From an uncultured Pelagibacteraceae bacterium (lineage in GTDB: Bacteria; Pseudomonadota; Alphaproteobacteria; Pelagibacterales; Pelagibacteraceae): a stretch of DNA of 64,000 bases. The stretch spans positions 3,562 through 67,561 of the forward strand of contig CACBHZ010000004.1 in assembly GCA_902539195.1 (NCBI GenBank), read 5' to 3'. Of this stretch, positions 37,358-47,627 are shown one piece after another (the stretch's first letter is position 1; every line of letters begins with the position of its first letter). A program made the translations under genes and the position numbers. The notes under the pieces are model-generated. The model saw nothing but the letters and a program-made list of their open reading frames with translations. It did not search any database and had not been told where the DNA came from.

Positions 37358-38233
37358 TTAATAATTCAACCGCGCCGCTCCTCTTACTCCACTTGCATCT
37401 CCATACTTAGCCTTTAAAAATTTCGTATTTATATGTTTAATTTCCATATTTTTTGTAACCATTTTCTTTAATTCATTTAATGAAGAGATTTCGTTAGATA
37501 ATCCACCTCCAAATACAAATACATCAGGATCAATTGTATAAATTAAGTTAACAAGTGCTCTAGCCAACCGTATTTTAAAATGTTTAATAAAAATTGATTT
37601 TGTAAACTTATCAGATTTATTAAATATTTCTCTCGCAGTAATTTTTTTATGATAAAGTTTTTCCAAACCTTTTCCTGAGGTAAACTTTTGTATTTGCATA
37701 AGTGATATCTTTTTTTTAATATATTTTTTATCGTTTAGATTTCCAAATATTGGTAGAGGAAGATGTCCCCACTCTCCAGAAATATAATTTGCACCTTTTA
37801 AGATTTTCTTATTAATAACTATTCCACCTCCAGTGCCTGATCCAATAATTATTCCGAAAACAACATTATAATTTTTTGCAGCTCCATCCATTGCTTCAGA
37901 TAATGCAAAACAATTTGCATCATTTTCACATTTTATATTTCTTTTTAAAGCTTTTGATAAATCTATGTTTAATTTTTTATTATTTAATTGTTTGGCATTT
38001 ACTGAATTTTTAAGTAGTCCAGTTTTATAATCTATAGATCCGGGATGACACACGCCTACTTGAAATTTTTTTTTATACTTCCGATCTAGTGAAAAAACTA
38101 TTTTACTAACATCTTTTATTATTTTTTTATAACTCTTTGGGCAAGGGATCCTTGATCTCTCAATTTCATCACCATTTTTTTTTAAGATGACGCTTTCAAT
38201 TTTTGTTGCCCCAATATCTATTCCAATTTTCAT
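37358..38233 (-). CDS. ROK family sugar kinase (Mak/fructokinase-like)
   Basis: IGIDIGATK, ENDANC.ALSE, GEWGH, GDASGVRGAA. Confidence 0.88.
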   Translation of the reverse strand: MKIGIDIGATKIESVILKKNGDEIERSRIPCPKSYKKIIKDVSKIVFSLDRKYKKKFQVGVCHPGSIDYKTGLLKNSVNAKQLNNKKLNIDLSKALKRNIKCENDANCFALSEAMDGAAKNYNVVFGIIIGSGTGGGIVINKKILKGANYISGEWGHLPLPIFGNLNDKKYIKKKISLMQIQKFTSGKGLEKLYHKKITAREIFNKSDKFTKSIFIKHFKIRLARALVNLIYTIDPDVFVFGGGLSNEISSLNELKKMVTKNMEIKHINTKFLKAKYGDASGVRGAARLNY

Positions 38234-38234
38234 T

Positions 38235-39263
38235 TTAGTAAGAGCTTGATTCTTTCCAAATATTTATATCCCCTTCTTTAGCGGTTTTATTAATTATTTT
38301 CATTTCAGAAGGTGTAAAATTAAGTTTGTTTAGACTTTCTATATTTTCTTTTAACTGGTTAATATTTCTAACTCCGATTAGAGCAGATGTTACATAATTA
38401 TTTGACAAGACCCAAGAAATTGCCATTTGAGATAAAGATTGACCTCTTTTATTTGCAATCTTATTTAAATCTGAAACTATCTTTAAGTTTTTTTTTGTTA
38501 TTAAAGATTTATCTAAATAAGATGTAACATCACTCGCTCTTGAAACTCCAGGTATCTTTTTTAAATATTTGTCTGATAGCATTCCTTGAGCAAGAGGAGA
38601 AAAGGCAATACATCCAATTTTAAGTTTTTTTATAGTTTTAGTTAAATCTTTTTCAATCCATCTATTAATTAAAGAATATGAAGGCTGGTGAATAAATAAT
38701 TTAATATTTCTTGATTTTAGAATTTTGTAAATTTGGTTCGTCTTTTTGGAAGAATAAGATGATATACCAACATATAAGGCTTTTCCCGATTTATAAATAC
38801 TCTCTAATGCATCTGCTGTTTCTTCTAAAGGTGTATTTGGATCAAATCTATGTGAGTAAAATATATCAAAGTAATCAATTTTCATTCTTTTTAAACTTTG
38901 ATCACAACTTGCGATAATATGTTTTTTTGACCCCCATTCTCCATAAGGTCCTTCCCACATATCATAACCAGCTTTTGATGATATAATCAGTTCATCTCTA
39001 TATTTTTTTAAATCTTTGCTTATTATTTTTCCAAAATTACTTTCTGTACTACCGTAAGGTGGGCCATAATTATTTGCCAAATCAAAATGAGTAATGCCTT
39101 TATCAAAAGCATAGAATAATATTTTTTTAATATTAGAAAGTGGAACTTTACCTCCAAAGTTATGCCAAAGCCCAAGGCTTATTAGTGGTAATTTAACTCC
39201 ACTATCGCCACAAGATCTATATAACATCTCTGAATATCTTTTATTATCAGCGTTATATTTCAT
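38235..39263 (-). CDS. Aldo/keto reductase, L-glyceraldehyde 3-phosphate reductase (YghZ/Gpr-like)
   Basis: SLGLWHNFG, HFDLANNYGPP, SSKAGYDMW.GPYG.WGS, FYSHRFDP. Confidence 0.9.
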   Translation of the reverse strand: MKYNADNKRYSEMLYRSCGDSGVKLPLISLGLWHNFGGKVPLSNIKKILFYAFDKGITHFDLANNYGPPYGSTESNFGKIISKDLKKYRDELIISSKAGYDMWEGPYGEWGSKKHIIASCDQSLKRMKIDYFDIFYSHRFDPNTPLEETADALESIYKSGKALYVGISSYSSKKTNQIYKILKSRNIKLFIHQPSYSLINRWIEKDLTKTIKKLKIGCIAFSPLAQGMLSDKYLKKIPGVSRASDVTSYLDKSLITKKNLKIVSDLNKIANKRGQSLSQMAISWVLSNNYVTSALIGVRNINQLKENIESLNKLNFTPSEMKIINKTAKEGDINIWKESSSY

Positions 39264-39265
39264 AT

Positions 39266-40180
39266 TTAGTAAACCTCGACCTCTTCATATGTTGGCATGG
39301 AATTCGCGGCTCCTTCTTTAGTTGTAGAAATACCAGCAACTTTATTGGAAAATTCTAATGCATCAACAATTTTTAATGATTTGGCTAATGCTACACTAAA
39401 AGCTCCATTAAAAGCATCACCTGCTCCAGTAGTATCTTTTACATCCTCTTTTAATTCATGGGCGTCTACAAAATGGCTTTTAGTTCCATTTGAAAAATAA
39501 ACTCCTTTAGAACCTAGAGTTATTAAAATATTTTTTACTCCTTTTTTTAAAAAATCTTTAGCTGCATTTTCTATTTCAGATTTTGTTTCTATTTTTTTTT
39601 CTAAATAAAAACTAGCTTCAGTTTCATTTGGTGTAAAATAGTCTATATTTTTAAAGTCATTCTCAGATATTTTCGAAGCTGGAGCTGGATTTAATATTGT
39701 AATTGAACCAGTATCTTTAGCTTTTTGTAAAGCATAGCTTGTAACATCATATGGTGTTTCTAATTGTGTTAAGAATATATCTGACTTCTCGATTGCTTTT
39801 AAATTATTATCTATATCAGAACTATTTAAAGTGCCAGCAGCGCCTGGTATGATGTTTATTGCATTATCACCTGTATTTGCATTAATCATAATACCAGCAA
39901 CGCCAGTTGATTGATTTTTATCTTTGATAATATAATCGGTATTTACTCCAGAGGATTTATATAAATTTAGTGCCATTTCAGCATTATTATCATCACCTAT
40001 TTTTGTAATAAAACTTATATTTCCGCCAAGTCTTGCTGCAGCAATGGCTTGGTTAGATCCTTTTCCACCAGGTCCTATTAAGTGTTTTGTTCCTAAAATA
40101 GTTTGCCCAACTTCAGGAATTTTTTCACCAATAAAACATAAGTCTGCAACAAATACTCCAAATACACATATAGATTTCAT
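39266..40180 (-). CDS. rbsK: Ribokinase (PfkB family)
   Basis: PGGKGSNQAIAAARLG, LNPAPA, PNETEA, DTTGAGDAFNG. Confidence 0.85.
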   Translation of the reverse strand: MKSICVFGVFVADLCFIGEKIPEVGQTILGTKHLIGPGGKGSNQAIAAARLGGNISFITKIGDDNNAEMALNLYKSSGVNTDYIIKDKNQSTGVAGIMINANTGDNAINIIPGAAGTLNSSDIDNNLKAIEKSDIFLTQLETPYDVTSYALQKAKDTGSITILNPAPASKISENDFKNIDYFTPNETEASFYLEKKIETKSEIENAAKDFLKKGVKNILITLGSKGVYFSNGTKSHFVDAHELKEDVKDTTGAGDAFNGAFSVALAKSLKIVDALEFSNKVAGISTTKEGAANSMPTYEEVEVY

Positions 40181-40184
40181 TTAA

Positions 40185-40646
40185 TTAAGACCAGACTTTA
40201 CCGTCAGGAAGAATAACTCCTTTAGTAATAATAAAACATCCAAAAGGTCGAGCATCTGTAGTGGTTACAATACAGTATGCTTTTTTTGCTTCCTCATAAA
40301 AATTTTGTCTTGAAATTGATCCAACTTTCCATTGGGGACCAGAATTATATTTTACTGCATCAATAAATTCTTTATGAGTTTCAGTTAGTTCCTCTGGTTT
40401 ATCATCTACTTCCATTCTAAGTACAGGTGAGCCCCCTTGTGATACAATAAAACTATCTAATGGAAAAACAGATAAAATTGCATTTGCTGCACTTTTAATA
40501 TCTACCCCATCTAAGCGAATTACATTTTTGTTGATAGAGTTTGCGGGAAAATTAGCATCAGCAAGAATAATTTTCTCACCATGACCCATAGATCTTAAAT
40601 TAAAAAGTAAATCAGGGCTTAAAACAGGGTTAATATTTATTAACAT
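40185..40646 (-). CDS. RbsD/FucU family sugar mutarotase/pyranase
   Basis: LSPDLL..L.SMGHG...LADANFP, RQNFYE.AK.AY. Confidence 0.9.
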   Translation of the reverse strand: MLININPVLSPDLLFNLRSMGHGEKIILADANFPANSINKNVIRLDGVDIKSAANAILSVFPLDSFIVSQGGSPVLRMEVDDKPEELTETHKEFIDAVKYNSGPQWKVGSISRQNFYEEAKKAYCIVTTTDARPFGCFIITKGVILPDGKVWS

Positions 40647-40664
40647 TACAAGATTATATTACAT

Positions 40665-40701
40665 AAAAAAAAAGGGTGGAATAAAAATTCCACCCTTTTT
40701 T
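40665..40701 (-). terminator. Rho-independent terminator-like hairpin after the sugar SBP gene
   Basis: AAAAAAGGGTGGAAT-aaaa-ATTCCACCCTTTTTT; a 9-nt U tract follows on the minus strand. Confidence 0.8.
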
Positions 40702-40720
40702 AAATGTTATATACTAATGA

Positions 40721-41653
40721 TTATTTAAAATCGTTAGCGTTTTCTTTTGTTACTAGTTGTGTTCCAGTATCAATGTTTGGATCAATACTTCCACCATTAG
40801 CTAGCTCAAGTGCATATTTAACACCGTAAGCACCCATGTTATATGAGAACTGAGCAATAGTTGCAGTCATTTCACCTTTTAAGATACTTGTAGCAGCATC
40901 TGGAGTTGCATCAAAACCAACAACAACAACATCATTCATATCTGCATCTTTAAGAGCTTGCATAGCACCTAGGCCCATATTGTCATTTGAAGCAAATATT
41001 GCTTTGATGTTAGGATTTTTCAAAATAATAGACTCAGTAACTGATCTACCTTTTGCAGTATCCCACTCAGCTGTTTGAGTAGCAACTATATTTAGACCGC
41101 AATTTTTAAATCCTTTAATTGCACCGTCTCTTCTTAGTAAAGCTGTTGATTGAGACTCTATTCCAGTCAAAATTGCAACATCTGAACCTTTTGGAGTTTT
41201 GTCACAAATGAATTTAGCAGCTAATTCTGCTCCATTCATATTGTTAGTTCCAATAAAAGTAACACCTTCATTGATCCCTTTTGTATCTACGAATACAACT
41301 GGAACACCACTTTTGATAGCGTCATCTACAATTGGAGCAAATGCATTTGGATCTCCCGGTGCAAGAGCTAAAGCATCAACACCTTTAGCAAGTTGGTCTT
41401 CAACTTGGTTAATTTGCGCTTGTACGTCACCTTCTTGAGGTGGCGCAACCAAGATTAACTTAACACCTAATTTTTTAGCTTCTTCTTCAGCACCTTTTGT
41501 AACAGAAGCCCAGAAAGGATTTCCAGACCCAGGACCTTTAATACTGAACAAGATTTTTTTACCATGACCGTCAGCAAAAGAAGCTGAAATCATGCTTATC
41601 GATAAAAAAATTGCTGATAATAAAACAACAATTTTTCTTGATAGTTCTCTCAT
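40721..41653 (-). CDS. Monosaccharide ABC solute-binding protein (RbsB-like, CUT2)
   Basis: NPFW..V..GA, FIGTNN, FASNDNM.LGA, VGFDA. Confidence 0.92.
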   Translation of the reverse strand: MRELSRKIVVLLSAIFLSISMISASFADGHGKKILFSIKGPGSGNPFWASVTKGAEEEAKKLGVKLILVAPPQEGDVQAQINQVEDQLAKGVDALALAPGDPNAFAPIVDDAIKSGVPVVFVDTKGINEGVTFIGTNNMNGAELAAKFICDKTPKGSDVAILTGIESQSTALLRRDGAIKGFKNCGLNIVATQTAEWDTAKGRSVTESIILKNPNIKAIFASNDNMGLGAMQALKDADMNDVVVVGFDATPDAATSILKGEMTATIAQFSYNMGAYGVKYALELANGGSIDPNIDTGTQLVTKENANDFK

Positions 41654-41760
41654 AAATTTCCCCTTTAATAATTATTAAAGCTCAATTTAATAAAATTTTT
41701 AAAAAAAATTCAACTGTTTACAAGGTCTCTTATGATAGCATCTATTCAACTTTGACGTGT

Positions 41761-42774
41761 TTATTTCCTCGTGCCGAAATCTCTTCTTAAAACATCCACG
41801 TAAACTGCTAATACAATGATCGAGCCAATCAATACTTGTTGCCAGAAAGAACTTACATCCATCAAATTAAGTCCATTTCTTAAAATTCCCATAATCATTA
41901 CTCCGGCAAAAACTCCAAGAACAGTTCCCCTACCACCAAAGAAACTAGCTCCACCAATTATACATGCTGCGATAGCATCCAATTCAGATTGTAATCCTGC
42001 ATTAGGATAACCAGAGTCTGTTCTTCCTGCTAAAATTAATGCTCCAATACCTGATAAAAATCCACAAAGTGAATAAACAATTATTAAAATTTTATTAACA
42101 TTAATTCCTGAAGCTCTTGCTGCGCTTGGGTTGCCACCAATTGCATAAATCCACTTTCCTGTTCGACTATGATTCAAGAAAACCCAAAAAACAAAATATA
42201 CAACAGCGATTAAAACTAAGCTTACGGGGAGATATTGAGATTTCTCTAATCCTAACCAAGTAAGATCAATTCTACCATGACCTAAGTACCTAACTTCATC
42301 GGTAAATCCACTTATGGGTGTTCCGCCTGATATTAAGTTTCCTGTTCCTCTAAAAATATAAAGAGTTCCTAAAGTCATTATAAAAGGATGAGGCATTCTT
42401 AAAAGTGTTATCCCCAAACCATTTATCAACCCGCATAAAAATCCAGCAAATAAAGGTACTAGAACAACTATAAACCAAGGTGCTCCAGCTTTAGCTACTA
42501 TTGCTAAAATCATCAATGAAAGCATCATTATTGAGCCAACTGATAGATCTATACCCGCAGTCACAATCACCATAAAAACACCTAAAGCTAACATTGATTG
42601 CCAAGATATTTGTTTGAATACGTTTGTTACATTTCTCCAAGACAAGAAGACATCTGGTTGCAAAATATGCATTACCAAGATCATGATAACTAATAATAGT
42701 AAAATCCCGTATTTTTCAAAATATGGAATAAGTTTTACATATAAGCTATCTTGTTTTTTTTCCTTGTCGTCCAT
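41761..42774 (-). CDS. Monosaccharide ABC permease (RbsC-like)
   Basis: AGIDLSVGS, PFIMTLG, YAIGGN..AARASGI, ELDAIAA..IGG.S; start ATG 42774. Confidence 0.92.
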   Translation of the reverse strand: MDDKEKKQDSLYVKLIPYFEKYGILLLLVIMILVMHILQPDVFLSWRNVTNVFKQISWQSMLALGVFMVIVTAGIDLSVGSIMMLSLMILAIVAKAGAPWFIVVLVPLFAGFLCGLINGLGITLLRMPHPFIMTLGTLYIFRGTGNLISGGTPISGFTDEVRYLGHGRIDLTWLGLEKSQYLPVSLVLIAVVYFVFWVFLNHSRTGKWIYAIGGNPSAARASGINVNKILIIVYSLCGFLSGIGALILAGRTDSGYPNAGLQSELDAIAACIIGGASFFGGRGTVLGVFAGVMIMGILRNGLNLMDVSSFWQQVLIGSIIVLAVYVDVLRRDFGTRK

Positions 42775-42775
42775 T

Positions 42776-43525
42776 TTATTTTTTTCCCATAATCCAACCA
42801 ATGACTTCATCTCTTGAAGTTTTATCTAATTGAGACTCAGCAAAGTTTGTTCCTTGAAAAAGTGCCATTACTCTGTCGCAAACAGTAAAAATATCATCCA
42901 TTCTATGACTTATTACTATAACACCTACGCCAGTACTTTTTAATTTGTTAATTAAGTCTAATACTTTTCCAACTTCTTTTATTGCTAAAGCAGCAGTTGG
43001 TTCATCCATTATAACAACTTTGGCATTAAATGCTGTTGACCTAGCTATTGCAACTGCTTGTCTTTGTCCTCCAGATAATTCCTCTACTTTTTGCTCAGCA
43101 CTTTTAACATTTATTTTTAGTTTCTCTAAGTGTGCACTCGTCATTTCTTGAATTTTTTTAAAATCTAAAAATTTTAAGAAGCCAATATTTTTTGTAGGCT
43201 CTCTTCCTAAAAAAATATTTTCTCCAATTGGTAAATTACCTGCTAGTGCAAGATCTTGATAAACCATTTCTAAACCTAAATTTTGAGAGTCTTTTGGACT
43301 ATCTAATACATGTTCTTTACCCTCAAAAAATAAAGCGCCTGCACTTGGTTTGTACAAACCAGATAAAACTTTCATTAGTGTAGATTTGCCTGCACCATTA
43401 TCTCCCACAACACCTAAACATTCACCCTCGTGTACTTTTAAATTTACATTTTCTAGAGCAGTTATTGTTCCAAAATACTTTGTGATACCTTTGGCCTCTA
43501 AGAGCAATTTATTTGTTGAAGTCAT
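42776..43525 (-). CDS. Monosaccharide ABC ATPase (single domain)
   Basis: [31 protein letters not shown]. Confidence 0.95.
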   Translation of the reverse strand: MTSTNKLLLEAKGITKYFGTITALENVNLKVHEGECLGVVGDNGAGKSTLMKVLSGLYKPSAGALFFEGKEHVLDSPKDSQNLGLEMVYQDLALAGNLPIGENIFLGREPTKNIGFLKFLDFKKIQEMTSAHLEKLKINVKSAEQKVEELSGGQRQAVAIARSTAFNAKVVIMDEPTAALAIKEVGKVLDLINKLKSTGVGVIVISHRMDDIFTVCDRVMALFQGTNFAESQLDKTSRDEVIGWIMGKK

Positions 43526-43547
43526 TTAATTTAAATTAAAAAAAAAA

Positions 43548-44567
43548 TTAATTAATTGCAACAGGTTTTGACCTTAAAAGATGAACAGTTTTTCTTAGAG
43601 CTTTTTTACAAAATCTTGGATTAAGATTTTTTGAAATCAATTTCATATCTTCAAAAACAATATTTCCCATTTCCTTGAATGCCTCATCTAAAGCACCCGC
43701 TCTATGTGCAGAAAATAAAACATTTTTTAATTTTCTTATTGGGTCATTTTTTTTAACTGGTTCTTCTGGAAAAACATCAAGCGCTGCATAAATATCACCT
43801 TTTTTAAGTCTATTTTTTAAATCTTTAAAATTAACGACTGCAGCTCTACTCATTAGTATAAAAAGTGAGTTTGATTTCATAAGATTGAGTAATTTTTTAT
43901 TAATCAATCCTTTGTTTTTCGTAGTAATTGCAGCAAGTATATAAATAACTTCACATTCTTTAAACATTTTTTTTAAAGTAATTGGTTTATATCCTTGATT
44001 AATTATTTTTTTGTTTGGTATCCAAGGATCATAGATATTTATTTTACTCGAAAATGGTTTCAATAATGGAACCAAAGCTTTCCCTAGGTCTCCAAATCCA
44101 AATAATCCAATTTTTTTGTCTGATAACAATGAAGCCTTAAGATTTCCATCTAATCCATACTTTTCCTTTTTATTAATGAAATCCTGATTTGCTCCATGAA
44201 TATTTCTAAGAAGAGAGAGTGTAAATCCAAGCGCAATTTCTGCGACTGGTTTTGAGAAAACAGGCGAAGTTGCAATAACGTGAATACCTTTATCAAAGCA
44301 ATAATTATAATCCATATTATCTAAAAAGTTGCTTTCTACATTTATTACTGCTTTTAACTTTTTTGCTTTTGTTAATAAAAATTTAGGAAGATCAGGCTGT
44401 CCAATTATAAATTTCGCTTTATGAATATTATTAATATAAAATTTCTGTTTATTTGTTTTTGGTGCGAAAATAAGCTTAAATTTATTTTTTAACTCATTTA
44501 ATTTAGGTTTTGAAAAAATAAGCTCCATGGTTCTTGGATAAGGGTCAACAATTGCAATATCTTTCAT
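43548..44567 (-). CDS. D-isomer-specific 2-hydroxyacid dehydrogenase family protein
   Basis: GLFGFGDLG, SRAAVV, DVFPEEP, SAHRAG. Confidence 0.85.
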   Translation of the reverse strand: MKDIAIVDPYPRTMELIFSKPKLNELKNKFKLIFAPKTNKQKFYINNIHKAKFIIGQPDLPKFLLTKAKKLKAVINVESNFLDNMDYNYCFDKGIHVIATSPVFSKPVAEIALGFTLSLLRNIHGANQDFINKKEKYGLDGNLKASLLSDKKIGLFGFGDLGKALVPLLKPFSSKINIYDPWIPNKKIINQGYKPITLKKMFKECEVIYILAAITTKNKGLINKKLLNLMKSNSLFILMSRAAVVNFKDLKNRLKKGDIYAALDVFPEEPVKKNDPIRKLKNVLFSAHRAGALDEAFKEMGNIVFEDMKLISKNLNPRFCKKALRKTVHLLRSKPVAIN

Positions 44568-44570
44568 GAT

Positions 44571-45725
44571 CTATAAGAGAATTTTTTTTACTTCTTCTTC
44601 TGTAAATCTTTTTGGCTTTTCACACTTAGTTTTTATTTTTTGAGGCACTCCAGTTGTTGCAGCCTTCATAGTAGATTCAATTATATCTAAAACATGAAGA
44701 GATAGCTCTCCAGAACATCGGTGTTTTTTCTTTTTTTCGATTGAATATAACATCTCAGACATTCCAACACTTCTGTAGTTTGCATTTGTTGGTGACTCAT
44801 TAGATCTACCACTTGCAGATGTAATATTTATTTTTCCTAAATGCATTTTATCAGTTTTATGTTCACCCCAACGACCACCTTCTGTAACAGAAATATAAAC
44901 AGATCCACCAAACATATTTGGATCAGGAACGATAATTGATCCTTTAGTTCCATAAAGTTCCATATGATTTCTTTGATGATTAATAACATCAAAGGATAGA
45001 GTGACCTGAATAATTGCTTCATTATGAAATTGAATTGTTGCCAAATAAGTAGTTGGCGTTTCAACCTTAAATGTTTTTCCTTTATTTGGACCTGCTCTAT
45101 AATTTCTTCTTTTAAATGCCGTTAATGTTCTTCCTTGCACCTGTTTAGCTGGCCCTAAAAGATTAACAAGCGTTGTAAAAAAATAAGGACCCATATCTAT
45201 TACTGGTCCTCCCTCTTTTTTATACCAAGATTCTGGTTTTGGATGAAAGTTTTCAACGCCAGGAAATGCAAATATTGCATTTCCAAGTTTGATTTGTCCA
45301 ATTAAATCAGAGTCAATTAATTCCTTTGCTTTTTGTCCACCTCCTCCAAGAAAAGTATCCGGCGCGTTACCAATGTATAATTTTTTTTGTTTTGCTAAAG
45401 CAACTAGCTCTTTTCCTTTTTGAAAGTATGTAGCTAATGGTTTTTCTGAATAAACATGCTTTCCTGCGTTTAATACTTTTTTTGATACAGAATAATGTGA
45501 TTGGGGAATTGTTAAATTTAAAATTACCTCGATATCTTTATCTTTTAGTATTTCATTAACAGTCATTGATTTGATATTGTATAATTTTGCACATTTTTCA
45601 GCTGCTTTTTGATTAATATCTGCACAAGCAACGATTTTGAAATTATTAAAATATTGGTGTCCTCTAAAATATGTTTCTGCGATATGGCCACATCCTATGA
45701 GACCAACCTTAAAAACTTTATTCAT
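44571..45725 (-). CDS. Gfo/Idh/MocA family oxidoreductase
   Basis: GLIGCGHI, NLTIP, HVYSEKP, APDTFLG, DMGPY. Confidence 0.9.
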   Translation of the reverse strand: MNKVFKVGLIGCGHIAETYFRGHQYFNNFKIVACADINQKAAEKCAKLYNIKSMTVNEILKDKDIEVILNLTIPQSHYSVSKKVLNAGKHVYSEKPLATYFQKGKELVALAKQKKLYIGNAPDTFLGGGGQKAKELIDSDLIGQIKLGNAIFAFPGVENFHPKPESWYKKEGGPVIDMGPYFFTTLVNLLGPAKQVQGRTLTAFKRRNYRAGPNKGKTFKVETPTTYLATIQFHNEAIIQVTLSFDVINHQRNHMELYGTKGSIIVPDPNMFGGSVYISVTEGGRWGEHKTDKMHLGKINITSASGRSNESPTNANYRSVGMSEMLYSIEKKKKHRCSGELSLHVLDIIESTMKAATTGVPQKIKTKCEKPKRFTEEEVKKILL

Positions 45726-45730
45726 GAATT

Positions 45731-47575
45731 TTAGACACCTTGTCTTTGCTTTGATTTTCCTTCTTTATGAAGTTTTAATGCATCTTCATTTTCTTTTGTT
45801 GATGGCATTTCTAAAGTGGGACTTTCCCAGTAAGCTGAACCCTCTAGCCACTCATAAGAATGAGTTTTTATTGAAATTAAGTAAGTTACATCAGATTTTT
45901 TAGCTCTTTTAAATGCTTCTTCTAATTCAGAAATAGATGATACCTCCTCAGATTTTGCTCCCATACTCTCTGCATGTTTAGCAAAATTAACAGGTACAAG
46001 ATTTGGAGCTTTTGAACTATTAAATAGACAATTAAATTCTTTCCCGCCTTTAAATAATTGTAGCCTGTTAATAACTGCATGGCCTCCATTGTCACATAAA
46101 ACTATTATTAATTTATTATTTGTTATAACTGATGAATAAATATCTGAATTAAAAAGTAAATAAGATCCATCTCCTACAAAAGCTATTACTTCTTTATCTG
46201 GGTTCGCCATTTTAACTCCTAATGCACCAGAAATTTCATAACTCATGCAGCTAAAACCCCATTCGGTTTCATGAGTATTTAATTCTTTTGGCCTCCAAAT
46301 TTGTACAACTTCACCAACCAATCCTCCTGCCGCAGTAACAGCAATGTCCGTTGGATCTGAATTACGATATATTGCTCCTACAGCATGTGCATAACTAGGT
46401 AGTTCTTGATTAGTTGGTCCACTTTCTTTATCAACATAATCATTCCAATTTTTTAATTCATCTCTTGATTTTTTATGCCATTCATCAGGTGCTTTCCAAT
46501 CTCCCAAAGCATTTGATAGCTCTTGTAAGCTTACTTTTGCATCACCTATTACTGATTGCGCCAAATGTTTGCTAGCATCAAATCTAGAGACATTAACACT
46601 GACAAGTGAAAAGTCTGGGTTCTCAAAATTTGCCCATGACCCAGTTGTAAAATCAGCTAACTTTGTTCCAACAGCAATAGCTAGGTCAGTTTGTTTTGCT
46701 AAATTATTTGCTGCTTTGCCACCAAGACCACCTATGGGACCCAAAAAATGAGAGTGGTCTCTCTTCATTGTAGAGTAGCCCATAACTGTTTGTGTAACTG
46801 GTATATTGTGTTTAATTGCAAAATTACTTAGATCTTCCATTGCATCAGAGTAGAAAACTCCTCCACCTGAAATCAATAAAGGATTTTTAGATTTTTTAAT
46901 TAGCTCAGCTGCTTGTTTTATTTGAAAATCATCAGGTCTTGGTCGTCTAATATTATGAACTCTCTCTTTAAAAAATTCTTCAGGATATTCGTATGTTTCA
47001 CCTTGAACATCTTGTGATAATGATAAGCAAGCTGGTCCACAATCTGCTGGATCTAACATTGTTTGGATTGCTTGAGGTAATGTTTGTAAGATTTGTTCTG
47101 GTCTTGTAATTCTATCAAAATATTTTGTTACTGGTTTGAAAGCATCATTCTGAGTAATGCCAGGATTATTAAAATGCTCAACTTGTTGTAGAACCGGGTC
47201 AGGCAATCTGTTTGCATATGTATCTCCAGGTAAAAATAAAATTGGAAGTCTATTGCTCATAGCAACAGCCGAGGCTGTAACCATATTTGTAGATCCTGGT
47301 CCAACTGAACTAGTTGCAACAAAAAATTGTTTTCTTCTTTTAGCTCTAGCATATGCTATTCCAGTCAGAGCCATATTTTGCTCATGATGCCCTCTATAAG
47401 TTGGTAATTTATCTTGATTTTCTTGTAGAGCTTGTCCTAAACAAGCAACATTGCCATGTCCAAAAATACCAAAAGCTCCAGCAAATAACTGCTCTTTTTT
47501 ACCATCTATTAAAATTTTTTGAGCAATAAGATGTTTTATTATTGCATGTGCACAAGTGAGCTTTATTTTTTTCAT
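45731..47575 (-). CDS. iolD: 3D-(3,5/4)-trihydroxycyclohexane-1,2-dione acylhydrolase (ThDP-dependent)
   Basis: IFGHGNV, NRLP...LPGD, PDPVLQQ, DPADCGP, FSCM.YEI, GDGSY, INRLQ. Confidence 0.93.
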   Translation of the reverse strand: MKKIKLTCAHAIIKHLIAQKILIDGKKEQLFAGAFGIFGHGNVACLGQALQENQDKLPTYRGHHEQNMALTGIAYARAKRRKQFFVATSSVGPGSTNMVTASAVAMSNRLPILFLPGDTYANRLPDPVLQQVEHFNNPGITQNDAFKPVTKYFDRITRPEQILQTLPQAIQTMLDPADCGPACLSLSQDVQGETYEYPEEFFKERVHNIRRPRPDDFQIKQAAELIKKSKNPLLISGGGVFYSDAMEDLSNFAIKHNIPVTQTVMGYSTMKRDHSHFLGPIGGLGGKAANNLAKQTDLAIAVGTKLADFTTGSWANFENPDFSLVSVNVSRFDASKHLAQSVIGDAKVSLQELSNALGDWKAPDEWHKKSRDELKNWNDYVDKESGPTNQELPSYAHAVGAIYRNSDPTDIAVTAAGGLVGEVVQIWRPKELNTHETEWGFSCMSYEISGALGVKMANPDKEVIAFVGDGSYLLFNSDIYSSVITNNKLIIVLCDNGGHAVINRLQLFKGGKEFNCLFNSSKAPNLVPVNFAKHAESMGAKSEEVSSISELEEAFKRAKKSDVTYLISIKTHSYEWLEGSAYWESPTLEMPSTKENEDALKLHKEGKSKQRQGV

Positions 47576-47627
47576 TATTCTATATATAAATATTTAACTT
47601 TTAACAATTAAACACAATTTAAAAAAT

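Noticed and set aside
39266-40180. PfkB kinase as the missing IolC
   Set aside because: Its motifs (GGKGSNQA, NPAPA, PNETEA) and adjacency to RbsD/FucU match ribokinase, and there is no DUF2090 extension. A moonlighting role cannot be excluded without an assay.
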